From positions 18,299,045 to 18,363,044 of the forward strand of contig NC_092680.1 in NCBI RefSeq assembly GCF_964355755.1: a DNA stretch of 64,000 nt, in the 5' to 3' direction. Of the stretch, positions 14,510 through 25,608 are shown in pieces (positions within the stretch are counted from its first letter, which is position 1; every line of letters starts with the position of its first letter). Origin of the DNA: Antedon mediterranea (taxonomy: Eukaryota; Animalia; Echinodermata). A program made the position numbers and the translations under genes. The notes under the pieces were generated by a model, which saw only the letters and a list, made by a program, of their open reading frames with translations, was not told where the DNA came from and did not search any database.

Positions 14510-14705
14510 AAGCCTGTTTTCATGTCGATGTTATTCGACGCTACCGTTAACAATAATCGGCAATCTCCTACGTAAACATTGAAATGTTAACGATTTACAG
14601 GAAAAGGTACTCGCTATCGTTATCATTTCAACTTGATCGTTTTCAAACGATCGTCGTTGAACTACGACGATAGCGTCGAATAACGTCGACAGAAAAACAG
14701 GCTTT
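14510..14705. mobile_element. Palindromic MITE (AGCCTGTTTT...AAAACAGGCT)
   Basis: Inverted termini with inner inverted arms; an internally deleted relative lies at ~30466-30520. Confidence 0.65.
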
Positions 14706-15640
14706 GATGGCATGTTGGTCAAATTGGCTATGCTTGTCTACAGAATCATATACCTCATTACATTTGTTTTCTCGTTGTTATTGGAACGTAGGCAATACGA
14801 TCATTACGCTTAATATCATATAGTTTACTAATAGTAATATATTCTAACTTTATGGGGCCTGAAATGATAAATACTTAATACAAAGGTGACAGTTCGACCT
14901 ACTTCTCTGACTATTAAGAACTCGGTCGAATGCCTTAGTGCCCATGAAGCGGTAAGAAGTGTAAAAACGGTACAATTTCTTAGAATACGACAATCATTAA
15001 CACGTACACTTTGAATAATTAGGTTATCAATGAAATAAATTTTATAATATTTTAAACTTTAAAGTTAGTATTTAACATTTCAACATTCTTATTAGTATAG
15101 TCTTTCAGTCTGATGATTACTTTTATAGAATTAAAATGTTTAACTGACCATTTGATCACGCAAACTGTTTTCCATAGTAATAATTATTTTCATATTACTA
15201 AATAATCCTATCATGACAGACAACGTATATTTCAGTTGCTTGAAATATACGGTATATTATATTGTTCAATTTGATTGGTAGACATAGACTAATGCTAATT
15301 AGTACATTCTATTATAATTGTGTAAAATAATACCAGTCTGGTCCGCGGTCCTGTTCGTAACTTATTCAATCAATGTTCAATGTTGGGTTTTAGAAAGAGA
15401 GTTTTGTTATCAAAATATCACCCGATTCTAAGGTACGGTATTATGTCTAAAGACAATAAACACCACCTGAAGTTTCTTGTCTGCTGACTAACAACCTCAT
15501 TACTTAAATACTTTACTCTTGGTGTTTCTTGTTGGGATTTCTCTTTAGTTTATTAATGTTATCATGTAATAGTTATAAACTGTTTTCTTCTCTGCTGGCT
15601 AGACGTGGATTAATTGGATTATTTTAATAATCTTTTAATC

Positions 15641-16320
15641 TTATTACCTCCGCAAAGGAGGTTATGTTTTCACCCCTGTATGTTTGTGTGTGTGTTTGTG
15701 TGTTTGTGTGTGTGTCTGTGAACAGCCTGGAGGCCACAGTTTTTATCCGATTCTAACCAAATTTGGACACAATGGTCTATGCCAAAAAAGCTCGGACGAC
15801 TTCGAATTTGAGGGGGAAAGGTCATAGGTCAAGGTCACAACTAACAAAAAACTATTTTACTGCCTAGAGACCACAGTTTTTATCCGATTCTCACCAAACT
15901 TAGCCACAATGATCAATGACTCATATAAATGTGGTGACATTTTGAAGGGTCAGGGTTAAAGATCAAGGTCCACAAAAAAAAAAAAAAAAAACAATAATAA
16001 AAAACCTCAGTCGGACTTGAACCAGGGACCTCAACTGTGAGAGGCTGGATACATAACCATTACACCAAACTCTCATCCACTACTTTGTAGTGTGCAGTTA
16101 GCCTATTTACACTTTAGAACTAATAAAGAAAATGTTAAAACAAATAAAATTTTCGGGGGGAATTTTATGTAGGGGAATTTTACGTGCTCTCACAAACAGT
16201 TCCATTACGACAGGCCTAAAGAATATACAGGTTGAACATCCTCCAATGTATACACTTAGTTATTGAGTCAGTTTAATGTCACAAACTTAGTCCTCAAATA
16301 TATTAATTCTTGGTGATCTC
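15641..16320 (+). mobile_element. Helentron-associated (HINE/DINE-1-like) non-autonomous element
   Basis: Starts TTATTACCTCCGCAAAGGAGGTTATGTTTTC, then a GT microsatellite and two copies of a ~150 bp CCACAGTTTTTATCCGATTCT...TCAAGGTC block; this layout is characteristic of the family. The 3' end is not clearly seen. Confidence 0.65.
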
Positions 16321-16329
16321 TTCAGTACG

Positions 16330-16670
16330 AGACTGTCCTCCCAGGGGGCCCAGTACAGGACCATTATATGATCCTGCACGATACTCTTTTACGAATAGTA
16401 CCGGGTCTGAGTTCTGTCATTACATTAACAACGGCTTTTACGTCCTATCCGAAGGACGACGACAAAATAATGTATCTAGTGTAGTAAAGTATCTTGTCTG
16501 AAGATACAAGCAATAATCAGACAGGTCTCAACATTATTATTCTCTCATATCGCTCTCTAAATAGTCTAGACAGCACCCAAATATTCTCAGATGGTCTCTC
16601 TCATCCAGGCTCTGACCGGGTCTATCTATAAGACGATAATAACCGGCGTTTCAACGCGGTAAAGCCGTCC
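16330..16670 (-). mobile_element. Old, degenerate 5S-headed Deu-domain SINE
   Basis: Degraded 5S-like head at ~16570-16670 and GTCCTTCGGATAGGACGTAAAAGCCGTTG body, colinear with the 62122-62565 copy. Confidence 0.7.
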
Positions 16671-16989
16671 GTATGGACACTCCAACAACTGTACTAAAAT
16701 GCCATATTGTTAATAATTACGGTATGTCGTCCTATATTTCTCTTTAAGATCATCTTCAAAGGTTACAATCCATTAGTAGTACAAAATATCAATTACCAGC
16801 CGTATAAAATGTCAAATGTTCGATTTTCTAGCAAGTAAGTTTAGTTGAAATACTATTCGAATCAATACCATTACTTTGACTCGATATTGTTACAAGATAT
16901 TTAAGGTCGATTTTATGTAACTATACGTTATCAGGTCTTTCGAGCAAAACGTAACTTTTTTTCTCTCCTGGGGGCAAAACAAGATTCGA

Positions 16990-17130
16990 GGGAAAGTATT
17001 GTGTCTGAGCGGGTGATCTGGAGATCAACCCAGGCAAAAGGAATTGAAAGAGCAGTTCTGGCTTGTGTGGATGGTGCAAAATGATTGACTCCACATGCTT
17101 CACCGTTCACTGAAGAACAACAGACATGTA
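16990..17130 (+). pseudogene. Decayed LINE ORF fragment with 2A-like motif and possible PHD remnant
   Basis: Reads KVLCLS-GDLEINPG after removing one G, followed by ACVDGAK*LTPHAS; disrupted by stops and frameshifts. Confidence 0.4.
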
Positions 17131-17336
17131 TGCAGGATAGGAAATTGGGATCCATCATTGGAGGACGTCAGATGACACTGGATTTCGAAGCACAGCTTCC
17201 AAATTTCCCCCGACCAATGTGAGGCTGAGCTTTGTTTGTTAAGCTGTCTACACTATCAAACTAATATGGTAGTGATATACCAAAATATGGAAGTGATATG
17301 ATATCATCATGTCCATATATAGGAATATCACCTTTT

Positions 17337-17650
17337 AGAGTGAGTGGCCGAGCGGTTAAGACAGTGGAACCGTAATTACGTAGTCATAACATCGGCAGGG
17401 GTTCGAAGCTCACTCACTCTAAGGTTTTGGAGGTAGAACGAGTCTTCTCGGATAAGGACTATAAACCGTAGGTCCAGTGTACACATCTAGCTCGTGTGCA
17501 CTTTAAAGAACCTAGTACATCTTTCGAGACGAGTAGGGTGTTACCCCGGTGTATTAGTACATCACAGCCACTGATCACCAACTGGGCTCTCTGGGAGACC
17601 AGTCTTTGACTGAAGAGGTTACCCAGTATAAATATAAATTTCAATCAATT
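17337..17650 (+). mobile_element. tRNA-headed Deu-domain SINE inserted in an AGCTCTGTCTACAC MITE
   Basis: Head AGAGTGAG...TGGCCGAGCGG...GGTTCGAAG...CTCACTCT; body TCGGATAAGGACTATAAACCG...TTAAAGAACC...GAGTAGGG...CCCCGGTGT; MITE halves on both sides (17242-17336, 17651-17680). Degenerate copy at ~61893-62110. Confidence 0.8.
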
Positions 17651-19254
17651 TCACATAAAGTTCGATAGTGTATACAGAGTACCATCCCCTTCCACAACAG
17701 TCAAAACCTTTTCACTCACTTACTTAATCACACAAACACCTACCCAGAGGGGCCACCATTTTCTAAAATGTTTAAATGTTCTGAGTACGGGCCGGCAGAT
17801 AAAAATATTTTAATCTCTCACTCTATTTTAAATTTTCTGTGGTTGAAGAAAGCGAGTAATAATTGAAAATTGACTCAACTTAAGACAACATTCATTTAAG
17901 ACGGATTACTTTTAATATGTAGATACTTAAATGATTATAATGACGACGCAAATTGTTTTGCTATTCCAATAACAGCAAAACAATTCTTATTTAATTAAAC
18001 ATTAACCATATGGCAACATAATATATATTACTCAACTTTTATTAGGCCTCTAATACAATGTCAATCTTTAGCCCAAGCGCGTGTTAGCGTAAATACCAAT
18101 CTACACCACCGCGTTACTTGTTCCTGGGCGGGTTTGTTTCGCTCAACCGCCCGACCGCGTTCTGTGTTAATGGTCATGGAATAACATAAATTCTATATTT
18201 TTGTTTTCCGCTTTTACGTTACCGCTCGTCTGTGTAAATTGGCCTTAAAGACGTTTACGGAGGCAAAAATAATTTAATAAAAAGTTTAATCAATCAAAAT
18301 GAATACGAGTATTTTTAAACTAGATGAGATTAACATTGGTCATAGACCGAATGATTCAAGTTCCACAATGTTAAATCGATTAAAATTAGTAAATATAAAT
18401 ATTCATTGAAATCCAATCAATAGGTTAACCTGTTTTAATATGATTGGCCAATAAATCTAAATTATCTTTATAAGACGAAAAATATATCAATGTAATTGGT
18501 TGATTTTGTATCACATGGCGTTGGATATTTCGTTCCATTCAACGGTAAAATTCTATTCAATTGTTCTATTCAAAACGGTCAGATTGTTTCAACATTTTGA
18601 GATAAGCCGACACATTCATTCATTCAGGCTTATCGCCTGACTTTATTTACTTTAGGCCTCTGGCCCCTAGTAATTAACAAAATAATAATATTACACAGAA
18701 TATTCCTCATTCATTTTTTTTTAAATATAAATTATAAATTGAAATATCACAAAATGGACTTCGATGGATATATGCTAAAATGAGGAAATTGTTCCTCCTA
18801 AATGTGTTTTTTGTACGTTATAGTAAGATTCGGGATAAAATATGCATTTTTCGGAAGCAATTTAAATTTTAGCACGAACAATGATCAAACATCCAAATAA
18901 ACAGGCCAATAAAATAATTTCTCTTTACTCAAAACTTGGTTGCAAAAACATCCTGGAATCGAAGAATGAATATTGAGCAGAAAAGTAAGATTGATAGAAG
19001 GATTACCAACATGATCATAAACATTAATATGCACACTGTTAGGAAAAGTGTTACATAACAAAAATTAATCCGTGCATATAAAAAAGTAAAACTATTCGAA
19101 ACATCTTAACACCTTGGCGAGAACAAATTGACGGCGTAGAAGCTGTGTCGGTATTCTGTTCCAATTAATGACAACATGAATAAGATACGTTTTGTAAACA
19201 AACTCGTTATTTTTGTATGTTCATTTCCGTCCGATATACTACCTCTAATGGTTG

Positions 19255-20400
19255 AACGATTCTCTGACGTCAAAAGTTTTTGTAAACGATGTTGTACTCT
19301 GTTCTCGTCAAGTTTAAAAGTGAAAACATGCACGCCGACGAGTTTACATAAGAATAATAATACAACTGTACAAGTTGTATGTCACTTATTCAGAATACGA
19401 ATCTTTTTAATGTTTACAGTAAAATAATTTTAGTTTTTAATAGAAATTTTTTCTGCTAACGAGAATTTAAAACTAAGATTGGTTTTAATAGAGATAGAAC
19501 CTAAAAGATATGTATTTTAATAGAGATAGGCCAAAGTTTTGATAGATATTTATTTTCGAATAAATGGTAGCTTTTGGCGCGCCATAACATTGGAAATTTA
19601 TTAATTCTATTGGTCAAGATCTTCGTCTCGTTGTTTGAAATGGGACGTCATATAAACTTTCAAGTTCAAACAATTTGATTTGCAGTGTTTCATAACGAGT
19701 TTACATAAGTACGGATATGTGATAATCGAAAACAGGCACTAGCAATTCATTACCTCTATTCGTCAAGATCTTCGTCTCGTTGCCTGAAATATAATGTGAC
19801 GTCATATAAACTTTTCTTTCAAGTTCAAACGATGTTTTACCGTGTTTCATAACGAGTTTACATATAAGAAAAAAAACACATCGTCGATTTTAAAATGTAT
19901 TCTTTACCGTATTTATCATCGAGTTTACATAAGTATTTAGTATTTCATACAAACAGGCATGTTAGCAATCATGTAACTGTTTTTGTTACCGTATTAATCA
20001 TCATTCTTTAACTCTAGGCCTATTCGTCAAAATCTTAGTTTCGCTGCTTTAAATATTATGTGACGTCACATAAACCTTTTCTTTTATTTTTTAAACGATC
20101 GTTTCACATCGAGTCTACGGAAAACAGCGTGATGATTTAAATTAGTTTGGTAATCTATGCATTACTATCTGTCTCTATCTCGCCAAAAACATGATCTATC
20201 TTGTTTGAAAGACTTATTATTATATTATTAACTTATTATCAATTTTCTGTTCAATGACGTTTTACCATGTTTCCAAAAAGCAAGCACGGAGATTCGTTGG
20301 TAATTCATTATCATTACATAGCCCCATCGATTTGCCAACAATCATTCTTACTGAATATGAAAGATTACGTGGCGTCATCTAAGCCTGTCCTTTGATGATT
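19255..20400. repeat. Degenerate ~150-260 bp tandem repeat carrying CRE and D-box-like motifs
   Basis: Recurring GTCAAGATCTTCGTCTCGTTG, GACGTCATATAAACTTT and CGAGTTTACATAAG blocks in about five imperfect copies. Confidence 0.7.
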
Positions 20401-20467
20401 ATTTTCTCGTGTTTTCATCAAGAAGCATAAACAAGAATAGGTAAAGTCACTAAACACAATGTTTTAA

Positions 20468-20804
20468 AGATGTATTGTCCAGAAAAACATGAAAAATGAA
20501 GATTAATTAAATCAGACTTTAAATATGTTATTTAATCACTTCAAAATAGAAAAAAAAACGGAAAAAAATATGTTTTCACTTAAAAAAATTACAAAATAAA
20601 TGCTAAACTTCAACCAAAAATCCATTGGCTGGCAGCCAATTTGACATTTTTTTGCTTTAGATTACAATTTTTTTAGGTACATACATTTTTTTTCGGATAA
20701 TTTTTTTTTGTCAAAATGATAACTATTATGTTACATTAAAATGGAATAGGCCTATTCAACAAAATTGTTTTAAGAATTATTTTTTTCAGGGGGACAATAC
20801 ATCT
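20468..20804. mobile_element. Kolobok-like MITE
   Basis: TTAA target duplication with TIR AGATGTATTGTCC / GGACAATACATCT. Confidence 0.8.
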
Positions 20805-20991
20805 TTAAGCATATTATTTACATTCGGCTGACTCACGGTCTTCTATTATAAAAACATGATTAGCTCTTGACCATGGATACACTTTTCCACTCCAAATACA
20901 GTAGAAAAAATAGGAAGAGTCTTTGCAGAATACATATACATGGTTTATCAAGATTAATTTCAAAATAAAAAACCAACATAAAACACAATGT

Positions 20992-21285
20992 TTACTGGAA
21001 ATAATGACAATGCTGTGGGTATCAGTGCCTGGATGGAGATACAAAATAAAATAAGCAAAAAGCTAAATCAAAACGATAAAGTAAAACAGCCATACAAATT
21101 AGCAGAGCAACAGCAGCCCTTTGTCAGTATAGAATATACGCACTGATGAACGGCTAGTGTTGACCGAAAGCTCTGCTAATTTTTCTGGCTGTTTTATCTT
21201 ATCCTTTTGATTTAGATTTTCGCTTTTTTTTTTGTATCTCCATTGAGATCCAGCCATTGATACAGCATTGTCATTTTTTCAGTAA
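20992..21285. mobile_element. Inverted pair of Penelope-like terminal repeats
   Basis: The left arm is the imperfect reverse complement of the right arm; the centre holds a hammerhead core. A single related arm lies at 56776-56924. Confidence 0.7.
21140..21176 (+). ncRNA. Minimal type I hammerhead ribozyme, degenerate stem II
   Basis: GCA-CTGATGA-A-CGGC-tagtgtt-GACC-GAAA-GCTC-TGC; core intact, two stem II mismatches relative to the 56887-56923 copy. Confidence 0.65.
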
Positions 21286-21867
21286 TTTGCCTTTGGATGG
21301 ATATATATTTCAAATATACAAATATTTATATATTATGTCACAGATGCAATATACACTGATGTATGTTCACACCCGTTTCTTAGATCAAAGTAAATTACCC
21401 CCATATGTAATGTATTGACACCACTAATATCATCGAGATTCCATTTTAACCTTGGTTTGTCATCTACACATATACATATTGAAATTAAAATGCGTTCCGT
21501 TGTGAACATACTATTTCGTTTATTTGAAATTCACCGCAATCGTCGATAAGAGGACCTCACTAATGAGAACATGCTTTTAATAACTTACCCCAGAAATTGG
21601 AGGACTAAAAAGCAATGGCCAAAAGTACTAACATTTATGGTGCATATGTTTCTTGTTTATAAAAAAAAAATGTGATAGGCCTGCAAACTGCACACGGCGA
21701 TTATTAATGTTACCATTTAAGCAGATTCCAAATTGATAAAATAAAAAGTCTGTGATTTGAAGAATTAGGAAAGTGGTATGCCTATAAATATTAAGATACG
21801 GACATTTCAGAAAAAGTTTGAAAATGCTAGGAGTGATATAACTGAACAAACACATGTTTGGCTTAAA

Positions 21868-22460
21868 GGCCAGATGCGGGCAAAAAAATGCTATTGATCA
21901 TACATTCCAATAATTATTGATCTATAGTTTCCCCTATGTTTCATAATTTTTGGGATTTTATTTGTGTTACACGAGCTTGTTGAAAATAAGCACTTTCTTA
22001 TCAGCAGTGGGGGGATAGTTCAAATTAATTACACAGTAAAATCTCTATTCTTTTGTACACAAATTTTGTAAATAGAGAGGCATTTTAAAAAGCTATGAAA
22101 AATAAACAGTGTGGTAAAAAATGTTATCAGATGACTAAATATAGCTAATATAACTTTAATATTACATTTCTGGTATTTTTATTCAACTTCAGATTTTTAT
22201 TTTCATGCTATAGCAAAAATTATCCACTATCCATCTTTTTTCACCTTCTAGGGAGTCACCAGACATGTTATTACATTAGGTTAACTACCTAACTACTGAA
22301 AAAAGTCTTTCTGGTTTTTATGGAAGAATTTTGCCAAATTTTGTATTTGATCATATTAAGGGAAATTCATGTTTTTTCGTCTTGATTTCTGTTACCAATA
22401 TTTGATTTATGTACAATTAACCAAATATTATATTTAAAATTCATGCCTGTACCTGAGCTT
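21868..22460. mobile_element. Kolobok-like non-autonomous element
   Basis: TTAA-AGGCCAGATGCGGGC ... GCCTGTACCTGAGCT-TTAA imperfect TIRs; the interior 22011-22261 recurs inverted at 28498-28740. Confidence 0.55.
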
Positions 22461-24704
22461 TAAAGCTTGCTAAGTGAACAAAACATGTTGCTGTGCGTTT
22501 TGTTGTATTATTGTATGGGACGCTATTCCTCTTCTACTTATTGCCGTATTAGTTTGGTTCATTAATATAGGCTAACATTAATTTGTTTACCTAAATTACG
22601 AGTTGGTCGTCAAAACAGCGAATTCAAGACACTGAGTGAGCTATGTATAATGTTTTTAGAACCACACATCTAAAGCACGTTTTTATCCACTTTAGTGATT
22701 GCAACTATGTATAAAAATTGGATAGTCAAGGACAAACAACAATACAACAAAATTACTACTGAACGGAGGAGAAGGATGAGAGTGTTTACGTCATCTAAGC
22801 CTAATCCAGATTCCATTTGTAAATCATAATCATTGCATAGAGGTGATAGCTGTGTATTTTTAAGAAATGACAATAAAATAGGTTCCAATAACCACAGTTA
22901 TTGTAAAAACTCCTACTTCTTAAATCTTTTTATGAGTGCACGACGTTTAAATAGACCATTACCTCCGTGTCCGGTGGGAGAACAGCGGCTATATAACGCC
23001 AGACTGTGACAAACATCCCCTCGACCGGATCAAACCCTTTTTAGCATCGTTAGTATACTGTAAAACGTTGCTTCAATAGAAGAACATTTCAATGAAATTT
23101 GATATTAAGATTATACGCGACACTATGGCTCCTCACCAAGTAAAACTGTAAAATCGTTTTTATCAAGAAAATCAAATTTATTTCGTCAATTGAAGAATAT
23201 ATGTTAACTACCGAAAGACATAAATTCTTTGTAAGTGAAGGCATAAATAATATAGAAACAACAAGACGTGTTTTTTTTAAGCTGGCGCCATGTATGTAGG
23301 CTTATGAATACCGTTATGTTTTGATTAATTAGTTACAAATAGTGATGTTAATAATGTTTATTCAATTGAAGAAAAAAAACTACTTAAATCAGGATTATTT
23401 TCTCTTTTCAATGAATCTAAATAATCGATTATGTTTTTACAACATACCTACTGCCCTAAGTTGATTAATAAACACCACAAATGCGTAGCTGTTAATAAGG
23501 CTCAGGCTGAGGAAAAAAGACGGTGCTCAAATGTTGACCGCGGAGCAAAGCAGTTTTAGACGCGCATTTGAAGGGTTAGGTTTCAGTGTCGCATTTTGCC
23601 TGCCTACCGCGTGGCATAAAAAACATCTCACATTTTTACAAAAAGTGGCCATTGAATAGAACGATTTAATAGAAATTTATCGTTGAATGTAACGAAATAC
23701 AATGACGTGATACGAATTAAAGGCTAAAGCAATCTATGAGTACATTCGGAAATCAATTTTTTGTTTCAAAACAAAAATTGAAAAAAGCTGTAATACTTTA
23801 ATTACATGTGTTTTTTCTCGTATTCTAAAAGATTCAAAGTTGCATAGAAAATGGATAGAACTTTTGTATATATAATCTCATGTATATTTTTACGTGTGTT
23901 AACTAGTATCAGTACAGCCATAATAATGTGTTGTTTTGTAAACTATAGTAATCAATAATATAATAATGTCTACAGTCTACATCCAATAAATCCCAAAACA
24001 TAATCCACATTTATTTTAAGAGGCACTATATGTCAACAAATAATTATTAGTCCTCTCTCCATGACGGTTGTCACATAATGCTTTGTATTATTTTTGTTTT
24101 TGTATTTATATGTTTCATATGGACAGTTTGTCTGAAATAAAGTTGAATTGATTGATTGATTGATTGAATGACAAAAATCTACACTTGTTACGGTAGAGTC
24201 TCGTTGTGTTATAGGCTTGACTACTATCTTGTGTTGGAATTAAGTATAAATTACTTTTCGAATTATTTTATCAAATTTAGAATAGAAAGAATTTAACATA
24301 GGCCTAAATAAAACAAACTTCAATTTGAATCAATATGGGCACAACGTTTAAACCGTGTATAATGATGAGATTTGATCCTCATGTAAACATATTTTTTTTT
24401 TTTTTTTAAATGCAAAAACGGATAAGTTTGATACCCATTACAACAACAATAATAATAAAATATGTATTTAGCAGCAGCGGAAGCTCGTTCATCAAACAGG
24501 TGTCCTTCTACGAGATCATATCAACACAAATGATAGCTATAAAATTAAAAAGTCTTTAAAAGGAACTATTTAGGCCTAACAATTTATCAATAAAATGCGT
24601 TGGTGGCGATCATTTATCGTTATAGAAAAGTGAATAATTGTGGGGACAAATAATACTGAGAGGTTGCAACGTATCACCGGTGAACGTATTCACTATTATA
24701 AGGT

Positions 24705-25608
24705 CGGGAAAAACGAGTTAAAGGCCCACTCTGAGAAAACGAGTTAAATGACCACTCTGTGAAAAACGAGTTAAATGACCACTCTGTGAAAAACGAGTTA
24801 AAGGGCCACTCCGAGAAAAAACGAGTTAAAGGGCCACTCCATGAAAAAAAAACGAGTTAAGGACCACTCCATGAAAAAAAAAACGAGTTAAAGGGCTACT
24901 CCGAGAAAAACGAGTTAAAGGGCCACTCTGGAAAAAACGAGTTAAATGGCCACTCAGGGAAAACGAGTTAAAGGGCCACTCTGGAAAAAACGAGTTAAAG
25001 GGCCACTCCGGGAAAACAAGTTAAAGGACTACTCCGGGAAAAAACGAGTTAAAGGGCCACTCTGTGATAAACGAGTTAAATGGCTACTCCGGGAAAAAAC
25101 AAGTTAAAGGGCCACTCCGGGAAAACAAGTTAAAGAGACACTCCCGGGAAAACGAGTTAAAGGGTCACTCCGGGTAAAAACGAGTTAAAGGGATACTTCG
25201 GGAAAAAATGATTTAAAGGGCCACTCCGGGAAAAACGAGTTAAAGGACCACACCGGAAAAAAACGAGTTAAAGGGCCACTCTGGGAAAAACGGGTTAAAG
25301 GCCCACTCTGTGAAAAAACGAGTTAAAGGGCTACTCCGGGGAAAACGAGTTAAAGGGCCACTTCGGAGAAAACGAGTTAAAGGGCCACTTCGGGAAAAAC
25401 AAGTTAAAGGGTCACTCCATAAAAACGAGTTAAAGGGCCACTCTGGGAAAAATAAACGAGTTAAATGGCCACACTGTGAAAAACGAGTTAAAGGGCCACT
25501 CCGGGAAAAACGAGTTAAAGGGCCACTTCGGGAAAAACGAGTTAAAGGGTCACTCCGTAAAAACGAGTTAAATGGCCACTCTGGGAAAAAACGAGTTAAC
25601 GGGCTACT
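24705..25608. repeat. ~29-31 bp minisatellite (AAAAACGAGTTAAAGGGCCACTCCGGG), about 30 copies
   Basis: Head-to-tail repeats with a variable A-tract and no unique spacers. Confidence 0.95.

Noticed and set aside
519-16300. Short 60-95 aa ORFs across the upstream region
   Set aside because: They have no domain motifs or splice-consistent chains, and many overlap MITEs or SINEs; this is expected by chance.
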